This document shows positions 37,907-52,008 of a stretch of DNA of 64,000 bases, piece by piece (position 1 is the stretch's first letter; every line of letters starts with the position of its first letter). The position numbers were made by a program, and so were the translations under genes. The notes beneath the pieces are model-generated. The model searched no databases. It was not told the origin of the DNA and saw nothing but the letters and a program-made list of their open reading frames with translations. This DNA comes from Bigelowiella natans CCMP2755 (Eukaryota; Protista; Cercozoa), in contig ADNK01000825.1 of NCBI GenBank assembly GCA_000320545.1, positions 62,001 through 126,000 on the forward strand. The letters run 5' to 3'.

Positions 37907-40391
37907 AACGACGACGACTACTTCTACCGGTCCATTGGGCGTTTGAACCATGATCGCTTGGCCCACTTTCATAGGAGTGCCGCACGAGCTGCTGTCGACA
38001 GAGGGGTTCATCTCACAACACCATCGCTGCGCTTTTCCCGGCATGTCGCAAGTGCTGATGGCTTCCGATGTGATGAATTGCCGCCAATTGCCACACTTGG
38101 AGCACTGAACCGCAACCTCAGCTAAGAAGAAATTTCCATTAATTTTCGCGGGTCTATCCATGAAAAGCGGGGAGATTGGCGTTGGGAGGACGTCTGGGCT
38201 CGGAATGCCCGGGATTGATGCGAGCTTTGCTTCCGAAGAACCAGAGGATGCCGCCCCCATTACGGAGAGGTTGGGCGCATTAGCCGCCAATGTGGCAAGA
38301 TTGCTCTCGATCCGCCTGTAAGACAACTTTGTCGTCGACAGAGAAGAACAGAACAGAAAGATAGACACACGCAACATATTTCAGCAAGGACAGTTTGTCA
38401 GTATTATCAGCATATCATTTTTCTCATCATGTGGAAAGTGGAAGGGAGGTGGGTAGAGCAAAAGGGCTGCTATTCCCGCCCCACGACCGGCATCACAAGA
38501 AAAACAGGGTTTACAATATCGGAAAATTAGTTCAGCTCCAATAATATAAGAGACTTTTCCTATTTCTTCTTCTTCCTTGATTTCAGTAACGCTTCTACGA
38601 ATAATAATACCTTTGGCATACTGATAGGCATGTCAGCGGGCTTTCGTTTCCGCGGCCCATATGGCCCCCTTTCAAACAGAAAAACGGAAAGGAGGAAGGA
38701 AGTCGCGGTGAGAATGCAAATTGACCCAAGCAATCATCATAGCAGCAATAGCTGGTTAATATCATCCTCACCGTTGCTTTCTTGGCCGGCCAGGACCGGG
38801 TGGTTTGCCTAGTGTACTGACGAGTCGGTCAAACAAGTCCTGATAATAGAGGTACGTCTCGCCTTTATAGATAAATGAGACGCCAGACCTGAAGTTGCAT
38901 TACAATACAACAATTCACATTCACCATCGTCGGGATTTATTGAACACAGAGTGGCTACCCTTCCATATTACAATGAGCGCGAATTAGAGCCTCTGTTTCC
39001 GGGATCTGAGAGTTTTGGGTAGAAATAAGATACAGATACAAGATAGTTTTCCTTATGAACAAATGATCAGGAAGCAATGTTGTGGTCAGTTAAAGTCGAT
39101 GGTATAATTTTACATTTTTTGTTTTGAGGAGCCTTGTGTTAATGGAAAGGCTCTGATGGGAGTTGCAGCAGCAATAGCAGCAATAGTCAGCAGCAGATCA
39201 GAGAAGAGGATACAGAGGACAGATACTTACCCCATCCCTATCAAACCACTTGTACATGGAGAAATCGTGGCTACCGAACTTATACGATATGTACATATCG
39301 GTCAAGGGAGTCCTCACTCCTTGGTCCTCAGCCTCCTGCGGGCTCTGTCACAAGATAATGATATGGCTTTAATCGTGGTCTTGCACATACATCCTCTTTC
39401 CATTAACGCATGCTACCATTTTTAATGCCTCTTTAATGAAGAAAGCTCTCAGCGGATTGTTTTTCCTTCCTGTTATCACTTCACGGGCCTGATAGTCATG
39501 ATGCATTTTTTCAAAAGAGAACTGGAAAAAATGTTTATGGTGTTCGGAGGACCTTGAATATGGGCCCACCTTCAATCGAGTAGTTATACCAAAAGGCTTT
39601 GGTGTGGCTACTTCTCTTTTTTGTAATATCCTTTTCAACGAAGAAATCCACGTATAAGCATTTTCGACAGCTTAAAAATGGGTACGTTCCCACAATGAAT
39701 TTGGTCAGAGGTAAGGCGTACCGTGAAAAAGGGGATAATGATCAATCTCGACTTCGGAACTCTGAATTGATTGTGCGTCTTAAATCTTTCCCAGCAACTG
39801 TTATGAGTGTGAAATAGATTAGAAGTTATGTTAAATCAATAGAGTTTGTCTCTTTCTCACAAGCCTTTCTAATTTCATTTCATTACTTTTCACAGATGCC
39901 TCTATCTCCGGCAAACAACGAGTGTTTAAGGAGGCCTTCACCAGCAGTTGCCTTGTGTACCTGCAGAATAATGCTATCGATATTAACTCGGGAAAAGCTG
40001 TGCAATCTAATCACCAAATTCTAGTAAAACGCAGTTATTTCTTTCATGTATGTGTGTTACCCAGCATTCAAAGTTCGGATTTGACATTTCCTTCTGATGT
40101 TAGCGCAGGTTTTTTTCAGATACAATTTTGCGAAAGAAAATAAATTTAGATGCGAAAACTACAGGTAAATCTACATTGAATTAAGGTTTGGCATCGGCGA
40201 TCGAGTGTCACCTTTGATCTGATGGCCCTTGCAAGGTAAGCCGCCCTTTCGTTCATGTCTTCGCTGTCCCCAGTAATGCCGTGAAGCATGATCAGTTGAT
40301 CTATGAGCTTCAACTCCTTATCTTCACCCTTCTTCCGGGAGGTGGAGGGCGGGCCCTCCGCGCGCTGCTCCTTGTCCTCCTTTCCCTCCAT
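36877..40391 (-). CDS. Chromatin protein with AT-hook, CW-type zinc finger and C-terminal SANT/Myb-like domain
   Basis: PGRPRK AT-hook (~38780-38800). zf-CW VQCSKCGNWRQF...RWCCEMNP...SC (~37980-38110). Spliced WTLEQTL|VVLSYVLRYGTENWSYISNIVHHTPE|ECRARFW is SANT-like. Stop TGA at 36879-36877; probable start MEGKEDKEQ at 40391. Confidence 0.8.
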
Positions 40392-40548
40392 TTTTCTGTT
40401 CCGCGAAGGTCATACTCAAGATCACATAGGGTTTTACTGCTGCGTCATCAAAATGGGTGAGTCGCAGAGGAAAACTCGAAAATACGACAACCACGAAGGG
40501 AAGAAATGCAGAAATGGGAATTCATCAGTTCGGAAGAGGATTGTGTTC

Positions 40549-41716
40549 TATGTCGCAGTTTGAAAATGCCATGCATTTGCGATCGAAAATTGTCACTTGG
40601 CTGACATCCGATTTGCCTCGGCGAAGGAAGATACGCTGCCCCCCCTTTCAGGACAGCGGGGATGAGCAAGGTGAAGTATCGGTTTCTTCGATACACAGAC
40701 CTGAGCATAAGTGCTCATGGGGTGGCTGTGGATGGGGAAGGCGTACCAACTTTACATCCGGTCGTGAACCCAGCTGTCTCACGATGCTCTTTTGACTTGG
40801 AAGAGAAACTTCTAGCTGCCATAGAAAAGAAGCAAAAGGAGAGGCTCTTGGCGGAACAGAAAAAAAAAGAGGAAGAAGAGCGTATAAGACGATTGAGTAA
40901 AGAGGAAGAGAGGAGGAAGCAAGAGGAGGAAAAGAAAGCTGCATTAGAAAAGAAAAAAGCGATAGAAGATAAGACGAAATTAAATACCATTCCCACTACT
41001 TCGGCTGCTGCTGTTTCCGTCATACCCAGCGGCACAGCGAAACCAACTGGGACTCCAATTACAGTAGAACCCGTTAGAGTCCTAAGTTCAGAGCTAGATC
41101 CTACTGTTCCAATCGTTCAGGTTTGAGTTGCATTTCACTTTGAATCATATGAATGCTTCTGCCAAAACACACACACACACACACACACACACATAAATAT
41201 GTATATGCTTTCGTTTTAGGTGCAGGTGATGCCGTTACCAAGTACTTCTACGAGCAAAGTCGTAACAGCAACAGCTTCCTCCTCGGTTGCAGTGACGGTA
41301 AAAAAATCCTCAGTTGTCGCTTCAAAACCGGTAACAATCAATACCGGAGACCCAGAAGAAAAGAGCTTGAATCAAGACCAGAAGAAATCCTTGGATACAT
41401 TCCTCAGTATTCTCAACTATAACGATCGCAAGAAGGCTATTCAGCTTCTAGAATTCACAAACTGGGACGTCAGCGTACGTAGCACCAACGTAACCTAAAA
41501 AAACGATGTCGGACTGACTCTCTGAATTTGCTTATATAGAGGGCAATGGACAACTTCTATTCCCATCAAGGGAATATAGACATGATTCTTGCCGGCAATG
41601 AACATAACGGCAGGGTGTGAAACTTGATGTATATGTTGTTCTCTTTCACTAAGAATCTCACTCAAAAACGTTCTATTTGATATGAGCAGGTAGGATCCCC
41701 AAAGTCTCCGTCATGA
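40549..41716 (+). CDS. Coiled-coil protein with C-terminal UBA-like domain
   Basis: E/K-rich coiled coil (40800-40980) and QKKSLDTFLSILNYNDRKKAIQLLEFTNWDVS|RAMDNFY, a UBA-like pattern. The last exon is 41690-41716. The start is uncertain (ATG 40549 or 40662). Confidence 0.7.
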
Positions 41717-42602
41717 AATTACCTCTAATATGCACCTAGTAATGAGCAATTAGGAAACTAGTTACCTATTTTAGGGGAGAGTAACAATTATTTGATGACT
41801 CCTAAAGTTGGAAGACAAAATATTAACGCAGCCATGCCTCATACTTGCAGCCGCATGATTCATGTGCAACAGCTGACTGCAGGCAGCACTCACAATTGCA
41901 TGTGCACAGACAATAGTACAGGTAATCTATAGTAATTAATACATCGCAGAATCGTAGGCTTCTGAATCACTTGCATACATGTAAAACCTCTGTGCATAGC
42001 TAGATAGTATCATCCTAAATCATATATAGCGCTAGCAGAGCGTGCTAGCGTGGAAAAGTTGCACCTGATGCGATGCAATCGATTATTATATATTGTGTAT
42101 TGCATGTCTATCATATTGCATCATATGAATATATGAATAAATGGCCGTGAGAAAATGGCACACGTACATTGATACCGCCAAGCCAACGGCAGATTATGCA
42201 TTATTCCTTCGTATTTGTGTCAATACAATTTGCTGTACATGGCTAGCTAGCTAGATGGGAGAAATTACAGCGGATGTTCAACATAGCTTTGACATACATC
42301 TATAGCATGCACCACATCATTTCAGGAACCAACAAACGCAACATAAGCGCTGTAGCCGCCGCTCTGCATAGCTACGTTAGGATGACCATTGAAAAAATGA
42401 AATTATTTCATTACATCCGTCTCATACATCTAGAGTATATGGAGCACCGTGCTAGCGTGGCATATCTAGATATACCCATAGCCTAGTCATGGCAAGTGCA
42501 ACAGGCATAATAGTAATCACTGCATCATCAAAGCATGTCGAATTATGCTTATTCTCGAGTCCAGAGATGTTTCTATTTGGTAAGATGCGAGTTATCTGAT
42601 GC

Positions 42603-43365
42603 CTAGAACGGCGGTGGAGGTGGAGGTGGAGGTGGAGGTGGAGGTGGAGGTGGAGGTGGAGGTGGAGGCGGTGAAAAGGGAATTGAAGATGGTGAGATTC
42701 TACTCTCTGAGTTCGATATAGGAAAGGGGGGAGGCGGTGGCACATTCGATTGCTGTGCCCTGAGTTGATCCGAAACCGGAAGATCGTGTGAGCCTCTAGA
42801 CGTTGACATACATTCCTCATCATCTCGCCGATGATATCCATTTTGTGGCAGCTCCCTTCCAAAGCTGCTGCGGGACACAACATCGTTCTTTCTTCGGAAG
42901 CTTACACTCCCACCTGACCCGGCATTATGGTCGTGGCTTCCATCGAAATTTCGATATTTTGGCTCACCTCTGTTGAATCTGGGCTGCTGCTGCTGCTGTT
43001 TCTGTCGATCCGTAAGGCCACGAGGCTCAGAAAATCGTTGTTCGTACGTCTCAGGTCTTCTAAACCTCCCGCGCCTGAAATGATCTCCTTGGTTCTGTTT
43101 AGATTCTGCAAGTAATCTGCTGTCTCTGCTGCTAGAGGAAGCTCCAAGTGGGGGTCTTCCAAAGGGACCACGGAAACCTCCCCTCTTCCAGTCCTGTCTA
43201 TCTCCAAAACGACGATCTGAATATTCATCAGCATCCTCCGGCTTAGATTGACGAGGGCTGGTTCCAAACGGGTCCACGTCGTCAGAGTCACCGTCCTGTC
43301 AAGAGAACTGCTTAAATAATGCTACTTCCTCTACAACGATGATGATGATGATGATGATGATGATG

Positions 43366-43435
<70 letters not shown>

Positions 43436-46122
43436 TCTTTAAAATATAATATCTCTATTGTTATCGGTATTATTCTACTGATATTGTTTTATGGGTGGGA
43501 TATTCAAGTAAGCAAAACCTCTTGGGTGGAGCTTTCCTGTGCCCCTCCAAAATCTTTGCTCGAATCCTTCGCTGTTGTTCTCTTCTGGGCTTGGCTGGCA
43601 GGGGTTGGTATCCTTGCTGCAGCTGCTGCAGATCCAGCTGAGGCGTATCTCCTATACTTTGGCATAATGAATGACCCATCGTTGTTTTTGTTCCCCCCCT
43701 CCCTGTCTGGTAGATTTTCTTCCATGCGCTGTTGTATTAATTGCTCATTATAGAGTCGATAGTCAAACGAGTCGACACCAGGAACTGGTCGTTCTGGCGG
43801 TTCTTCAGTGTCATCATCTCCGCTATTCACTCCTCGATGATCTAGTGCCTGGCTATTCCTTGTTTGGGTTGGATACGCTATGTAAGGTGGAAAATACTTT
43901 AGGCAGAAACTCTACTCATCGCCAGCTCTAATTTGCGGAGAAAGAAGCATCATTCATTGGTACAGACGCAATTCATTTCTGGGCGCTAGTCTATTTGATG
44001 TATCATATGTAAAGAAGATGATAAAGACCATGGCTTTTTGGAAATGAGAAAACTACACACATACATACATGCATGCATACATACATACATACATTCTGCC
44101 TCGTTGTCTTCGACGTCCTCGTTGCCGTCCCTCGCCTACGTCCAACAAGTATCATTATAAATGGTAATCTCCAAAACAACTTTTAAGGAAGGATTATTAG
44201 AGATCTTTCATTCGTTTGTTATCGAAGGAAAGATAATCTGCCAGTACCACATCTCTGAGTCCATCCTCATCCTTCCATCCTTCTCTCACAACCTTTCTAC
44301 TTTCGCTTAATGATGATTTTGGCCTCTGAGGTATTGGGGGAGATGGCAGCTCATCGGCTTCTTCTGCTCTTGCAGCATCAGCTGCAGTCGGTTTCTTTGC
44401 GGAGGAAGGCTTTTTGATGATATATCGCTCTCTTCGTGGTGCAACCTCATTATGGATTAGTCTTGTGCCCCGTGTAAACGCTTAAAAGATGTGAGAAATG
44501 GAAAGAGACCAGCATAACACAGCACAACACAGCACAACACAGCACACACACAGAGAGACACACATAGCGTGAAGATATGGGAGGAGAGCAATAGTTAGAG
44601 AACTATAGGATGGGAAGAAAGCAAATAATTAAGCATTACGTCTGATTGGAGCTAGTTCGTCGCGTTCTGACATTCCTCTACAAAAGTGGTGAGGTATTAA
44701 AAAGGCATCCATCTATGTCTGATGAGGCACAACCTTTCAAATGCGATTCCATTTCTTCCAGCGTCATTCTTTCGTTGATAGTTCCCTATTTCGCCCCTGG
44801 AGTCATAAGTAACATTATACTTAGATTACGCCTTCAGTACGCAGAGGATATGGAGTATCAACCTTCTCGGATCGAATTTGCTCCCACGCCCTTGAAAACC
44901 TGAGGAGAGAGAGTCAAAAACTACTGTGCGACTGAGGAAGATGTGGTGATTATTACTGCGCCTTTCCCGTGTAAACTCCAACGCTGGGTCCTGCTTCGGT
45001 CTGCCTGCTCCACCAAAATTATTATTCCTCCCCCTCCTTCCCCTCCCCCTTGCTCCAAACTGGCCTCCTCCCCTTTCGTTGTTCCGCTCCTCCCAAAAAG
45101 CATTTCTTCCTGCCAACATTACACTTCCTTAGATGTGCCCACGGCGAACCAGTGCGTGGTTTATGGTGTTTTTGTTGATGGAGACGATGACAGTAGTGAC
45201 GATGATGAGAACGATGGCGATGGTGATAAAATTTCTAGGAGCAGAGATTAGAATACCTTCACGGATTGCTTTCTTCGCATCTTCCTCTGAAAGCAGCTTT
45301 GGATTCCACGCGGTTCCTTCACCGCCCTCCATGTCCTCAATTCTAGTATGTGTGTTTTAACGTTAGGATAGGACTTTCACCATCCCTTCCTCCCCCTCTC
45401 ATCCCTGCAGTACGATAAAATATTCTTGTATATTATGACAGTGCATGTATGAAAACGACATACTGTTGTTGTTTCAGCTCCTTATCTCTCTTCTTTTGCT
45501 CCTTCTTTGCCGCTTTGGATCGTTTTTTGTCTTTCTCTCGCTTCATCTGTTAAAAACGGAATCATGCATATAGGAAAATATGCCAGGTTCTTAGGATAAC
45601 TAAAATTTCTTACCTTGGCCTGTAGCTCCTCGATTGTGATTGTTTTTCCAGATTTTTTTTCAGAACTCTTCTTTTTTTCGTCTGCATCTGAGGACATCTC
45701 AGCCACCAGCTCTTTCGGCAGTTTGATGGTGGTCCGTGATAGTAAGGGCAATGCACCTCCCTCTTCTTCTTCGTTGTCGTCTCTATCTGATTCATATATG
45801 ATGTTGGAGCGGCGGTCACCCTGTCATAGTCACAACAGGACAAATTAAGAAATGGTACTTCCTTCAACAGAAAAGTGTTGCAGACCATCATATACTCAGG
45901 TTTTCTTCGCTGAATAGGGCCATCATCTTCCTCCTCGTCGTCTTCATCGTCATCCTCGTCACTGTCGTTTTCTTCCTTTCCGCTATACTTTCCAGCTTGA
46001 GAAGTGCCCTCCTCGCCGAGGTCAAACCTGCCCAACTGAGCTTCGATCCCGCGTCCACTTTCACATTCACTGCGAAAATCGTCATCCGATCTTGGCGGTG
46101 GCTTGGCAGCTGGGCGAGGCAT
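42603..46122 (-). CDS. Low-complexity multi-exon protein: acidic N-terminus, RG/RGG-rich segments, C-terminal polyproline
   Basis: Starts MPRPAAKPPP (46122). Exons from ~45.1 to 44.2 kb splice in frame (GARGRGRRGR...|SFQGRGSKFDPRR|GEIGNYQR...). ORF 42603-43277 ends in poly-Pro-F*. Possibly RNA-associated; no domain recognised. Confidence 0.65.
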
Positions 46123-46655
46123 TGAGAGAGGTTGTGTGTCGATAAGCTCTTTTGATATGGAAGGGAAAGCTGACAATACCACCACACGAATGCTCAGAGC
46201 TGAATTCCAACAGTTGCGTACAAATTATGCAGATGAGCAATTATTTACAGGCGACCTATGTACACAGTTGAAACCACAAGAACCATGAGGATATATCGAG
46301 CGCGGATGGGACGAGGGGGGGTCCGCTGCCATGGCCGCAGCGGTCGGATCGTCGGCGGAGCCATAGCCGCTGTGCGGCGCCGTCGCTTTCTGTTGCGAGT
46401 TTTCAAAAACAAAAAAAATATCCGAACGGCAACAGAATCTATGTCGCAGATAAAAAATGAAGGCGAATACGCACCATTTTCAAGTTCTATCTATTGCCGA
46501 AATTCAAGCCAAGATCATCATAATTATTCTGCAGGCAAGCAACTAGAAGACAGGAAGAGTACAATCTGGAGATGGGTAGCTAAAAATGTGTACTACTTTT
46601 TTTTGTTTTTATGATATATGCCGCTTAATATTCTTCCTGAATGTCATTTTGACAG

Positions 46656-47562
46656 ATCCTGCCAACATCAAAGCATGCTGTGCATGCTACCAGGGGGGGT
46701 GGCGCTGTTGGCATTGCCAAATGCCCCCCCACATCCCCTCTACTCAGTCGGGTACTTTATAGCTCAAATTAAGTTCGATCCCTCTTAAAACCCTCACTCT
46801 CACACGCGCCCTTTAGCTTCACTATGATCTTTTCTTGCTCGTTGAATTACTAGGTCGTCTTCCCCACATCCATGCCATATTTCGCTGTGTGGGGCGAAGC
46901 CAGGGTTTACAAGGCGAGCTCTTTGGGTGCCATGGGCTGGAGGGAGTAAAGCGAAGAGGAAGTCTATCCTGAGAAATAGACAGAAGCGCATCGAAAAGTG
47001 GAAGAGGAAGGGTAAGGAGAGGAGGCAGTCGAACGTGACGGTTCTCACTGGCAACATTCATCGAGATCTACTTGTAAGGTTCGTGCCTACGCGATTCCTG
47101 TATACTATTTTCCAAAGTTTATCGATACATCTTGAATATGATCACCTTTAGTCTCCTAACCATTCTTCTTTCAGGGACAGATATCAGTGCCAATATTGCG
47201 GAGCGCGCGGCGTCCATTTAACAATTGACCACGTAATCTCCAAAGCCAGAGGTAATATATTTCTACTCGATACAAGAGATGAGTACTATACATTTTTGAC
47301 TCATACCTCTGTCGTCTCAGGAGGGACAACTAGTATGAATAATCTAGTCGTAGCGTGCAGACGATGCAACCAGCTAAAGGCTGCCATGTCAATAAAAGAA
47401 GCTGCAGAAAGGCATAAAACAAAGACGGAGAACATAAAGCGAACAACCCCATCAAATTATAATCCGGTATCGCAAATAGACAATGAGAAGGAGGATGTGA
47501 GTCATCGCTTTCGTAATCCCATTGGCGGTGAGCATGTTTTGAACAAGACCAGAGAACGATGA
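46656..47562 (+). CDS. HNH endonuclease (McrA/HNH_5-like), intron-containing; 5' end uncertain and may extend to ~46300
   Basis: Spliced through introns 47079-47174 and 47252-47320: RDLLVR|DRYQCQYCGARGVHLTIDHVISKARG|GTTSMNNLVVACRRCNQLK. Confidence 0.88.
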
Positions 47563-48368
47563 TATCTGTGCGACGAATGCATAGGCAAATATGTCTTCAA
47601 CTTCCACGTGCTGAATTCAAGAAAAATGCTAGAATGGCGCGCAGTGACATTTCGGCCCTATGTGATCGCATGAATGGACACTCCTCTCATCGCTTGCATG
47701 TCACATGAAATATGAAAGCATACGTACCAGCTGTCTACGCACAGCATCGCACATGCTGCACGCATGACAACAAACAGAGTACAAGATTGCGATGCATGTG
47801 CAGCGACAATATGGTCATCAACAGCTTCAACTCAGGGCGATATACTGCTGAAATCGTCACACCACAAGCTGTTCCCATCGATCATGTGCGTATTGTTGTA
47901 TCGTCGTTGCTACAACAGTGCAGCGATGCTGTCAGTATCGTCGCCGCAGCATAGCGAGCTAGCAAAGCACACACATGCTGGCAGGAGCTCCTGTCATTAC
48001 TAGTACTATTATATCCGAGCGTAACATATTGCTAATAATATACATAATATCTGGCTAGCTGGCCCAAAAAGTTGCAAGAAAGACCGAACACATGGACATA
48101 AATGCCAGACTAAGAGGGCTAAATATTGAATAATGCGTCATATATCAATTGCCATTTTTTCTACTAATTTTGTAAATGTAACGCTGACTTCATTTCTTGA
48201 GAGAGCTGTTTTACAGTACTAAGCGCTTGGAATCGAAAACCGCTTTGTAATAAGACACTCGAAGAACATGAATGAATGGGACTTGATCATAACGACGACT
48301 CCGTGATTCTATGAAGTCGTCAATTAACCGCGGTGATAAGATAATAGGAAGCCTGTGCCGAGCAAATA

Positions 48369-48791
48369 CTATTTCAATTTATCATCCCAATTTTTCCGCC
48401 CAGTATCGGGGTCAAACCTATCATCACGAATGAGAAACGATTAGCCCTTCCGACACAATTATTCTCATTCTTCATCCTACTCACTTCGGAATCTTCTCGC
48501 CAGTGTTAGGATTGAATTTGGTGCCGAATGGGAACACCTCCTTTTCAGGAGCAGTAGTCTGATGAGGCAACAAGTAGCACGTAGAAATAGTAGCCGTAGT
48601 AGTAGAGATACACGCACCGATGCAGTTACCCGACAATATTGTTGACGACGATATACATCGAGGAAGAAAAATGAGCGATTTCATTACCTCCACAGCAGGC
48701 TCTGATAATGATGCGCGTTTGGGCTTAGGGGCTGCACGCCTGAGACCAGAGTGAGAAGGGCATTTTTACATGCACACGCATCAATGATTGG

Positions 48792-48835
<44 letters not shown>

Positions 48836-49063
48836 CCTTGGCCGCGTATTCATAGCTGGTGACTTTTTTGCTTCGTAATCTGTTGGCTCGATGCAGGAGC
48901 ATGGTACCCATCTGTCAAAAGAAAACATTGATCGAATCTTGGGGGAGCGGAGATCGAGGGGGCGAAAAGAGGAAATGAAGGAAACAATCCGCAATACGCA
49001 AGTGATATATGTGCTGGATAATTCTTTCTATGTGTGTGTTGAGTAATATTAAGTGAAAATAAA

Positions 49064-49105
<42 letters not shown>

Positions 49106-49421
49106 ATTTAGGTCTGAGGGGTGTGTACCCCTCCTTTTCTCCATTTTTGCAATATGCCCATCCACTCTCTTTGATTTCAGAGACTTCAACCACCTTCAAT
49201 TAACAATATTTTAAGTTCAGTAAAGTATGGAACGACTTCAAATTTGAGAAAATAGTATCTCACACTTCACACTAATATTTTGACGTTTATACAATCGACA
49301 AATAGTGTACGGCTTCACTGCGACCACATGTTAGAATTTTAATTACCTGTCCCTTCTGCACTTTTAATTCTCTCGTCGAGTCTTCAATTTGAACGACCCC
49401 TCGTACCCGTGCTTTGAACAT
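48369..49421 (-). CDS. Small SH3-domain protein with C-terminal F(N/D)PxTG double motif
   Basis: MFKARV...RELKVQKGQ|VVEVSEIKESGWAYCKNGEKEG|WVPCSCIE is SH3-like (EL, GW, GWVP). The protein ends KFNPNTGEKIPK|FDPDTGRKNWDDKLK*. Confidence 0.8.
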
Positions 49422-50059
49422 GATATCTCCAGAATAGCAATCTTTGAACAAAGTACATACCGTATTATCACTAAACATTACAATGAAAAGACGACGTCAG
49501 GAAGAGACTCACAATAACGGAGAAAAATGAAGAAAATTTATAGCCAAAATCCTGTGGATATTTTCTCCCCTAAATTAACTTTGCTAGCCCCTCCCCCGCC
49601 GTGGCTAAATTCAAGGATTTTGCTTTTTGGGGTTGGCTCCTGACAGCGTGTTGCTGCTGCTATGGCTGCAACTGCAACGACCATGTAGTCGTTCCCTACC
49701 CCCAACAATTAAAATCGTAGTAGGAGAAAAGGGAAAGCAAGCGGGGCACAACTCCAGCATAAATAGGGAAGATAGTCCTTCCGAACCGTGCACTTTCCTC
49801 TTCTTTTGCCCTGTCCCCCCCCCGTTTCTCATGCGACAAAACTCGTGAGATCGCATTTCAAAAAACACGCCCCCGAAAAAACTCTGCAGCAGGGAGGCGG
49901 GTTGAAGGGGGATGCATGGAAAAAAAAGCCCGAAATTCGTACACGCCTCCCTCTCTCCAGACTGCTGGCTTGGGAGAGAGATATGTCAGCCTGCGGGTGC
50001 CCCAGTTTGCAGCTACCGGTAAAATATCGTCAAAATCCCTTGTGTTTCACACCTGCGAC

Positions 50060-51240
50060 ATGGAACACAAGGCGCTTTTTTCTAATTTTTGCAAGGAGCT
50101 TGTCGTTCTCCTCGACGCTCACCTGCCGACTGCAGAGTCGAGCTCTCTGGATCATCACTTGCCTCCTCCACCCCTAGAGCATAAATCTGAACTCTACGAA
50201 GGGTCATCGAACCTCGCGCTCTGTAGAGAATGATCGTCAGAACTGCTGGGTGACCTCCTCTCCTTTCTGCTTTGCATGCTTTTGGCGGTGATACCAACCC
50301 CCTGAAACACGTATTTCTTTGCGATTTATGTTCTCGTCGCCTGGCCGCAGATTCCTCGTCGCAGCGCATGTGCTGAAGCGACTGGTCTGCAGGAAGCTGA
50401 GTGCAGAAGCTACTATCACTCCAGCGAAACCGCTCACAGTATTTGTCAGAGTCCCGTACGCGCAGGAAGGTTCCCAAAACCTGAGGTCAGATACATTGAC
50501 AACTTTCATTGTTGGCGTAGCCTCCTAAGTCCCCCCCCCCCCCCCCCTCGCTATTTCTTAGCGTGCTTAGAAAAAGTCTTGCGTCATCAGTGAAGCTTTA
50601 TGTGGGGGACATGGAGGCAAAGATTGATCCGCCGGCTGACACGGACGTTTACGTTGCGAAAGAGTGCGTTCCAAGATTTTCCTTACTTTTTGCAGGAATT
50701 GTAGTGTCATCTTGGACCCCTAAGAGGGGTTTTGGTCGCTCTCTTTGCTTCTCATTTCTCTTACCCTTCGTATTTTCTTCGTGTGTGTCGTGGCACAGCC
50801 CGCTAGAGAAGGATTTGAAGATAATGAAGCCCAAGTGCCGCCTCATCGTCGTCCCTTACGCTGGTGTTTAATAGTTTTGCCCTTCCAGCAGAATTTTTAC
50901 AAAATCTAAGTTTTTAATACATTTGAAAGGGATTCTGAAAGTAACCCAAGAGAAACTTCAAAAAACGGTCGGGAGAGATTTAAACATTCAGTCACACACG
51001 CAAGAATGCATGCACGCACGGCATGTGGATGAACTTCTCTCATATATGGACACACAAACGAAATCAGGGGCTACTGGTAGGGAACTTGCACCACAATGCT
51101 GGCGCAACCGCAGAGATGGCTCTGTCGCTACTGTTGGTATGATATGATGTCTGTTTTTCTGATCTTAAAACCGTCATGTTTGACAAGAAAGCTCCTTAGC
51201 GCTGAAAGGACCTGTTTCTCATAGGGGAAGTGCATGACCT

Positions 51241-51283
<43 letters not shown>

Positions 51284-51530
51284 AGGGGTCTGTTGCATAG
51301 CCTCCTCTTTGTCATCCTTATCATCATCACCCTAATCTGTTATCACAATAATCAGGCTTGCGCAAAGCATGTAATTCGAGCAGATCAACTGATGAGGAAG
51401 AACGACTGGTAATGGTGGTGGTGGTGGCGGCGATGTTTACATTGTACGTGGTTTATTTCATGTGGGTCATGAGAAGAAGGAATAACTGTGTAACATGAAT
51501 GAACTGCGCTGCTTATTAACATCACCTTTC

Positions 51531-51565
<35 letters not shown>

Positions 51566-51956
51566 GTCCTTAGGTCTGCAAGGGGCCTGCCAATCAACCC
51601 GGAGACGGGTAAGATAGACAGCATTGAGCAGGTTATGATGAGGGGGGAGGGAGTGGGGGGGAGGGGGGGGCAGACAGATGCCAAATCTGTAATTGTAAAA
51701 AAAAATAAAACTACGTAGAATCAAGCAAGAAATCTTGATAAAAACAAATATTTGGCAATTCAATTTGGGATGAGCTACCTCCTCAGCATACGATTCAAAT
51801 GAGCACTAGTCCCATCATCATCATCATCAGCAAACAAGTAGGAGTGGGGGGGTAATAAGAGAACACCGATATGACGACAATTCTGCTATCTATCTGAAAC
51901 TTCACCAGGCCCAATTTGAAGGAAAGAAGATGGTGGTGGTAGGCTATGGCCAACTA

Positions 51957-52008
<52 letters not shown>

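Noticed and set aside
40671-40698. Putative 28-nt mini-intron
   Set aside because: It is frame-compatible, but an ATG at 40662 explains the ORF without it, and it is far shorter than the other introns; unsupported without reads.
42603-46122. Possible CASC3/Barentsz or formin/WASP homologue
   Set aside because: The Btz motifs (FFxHD, WxHD) were not found, and no FH2 or WH2 domain follows the terminal polyproline.
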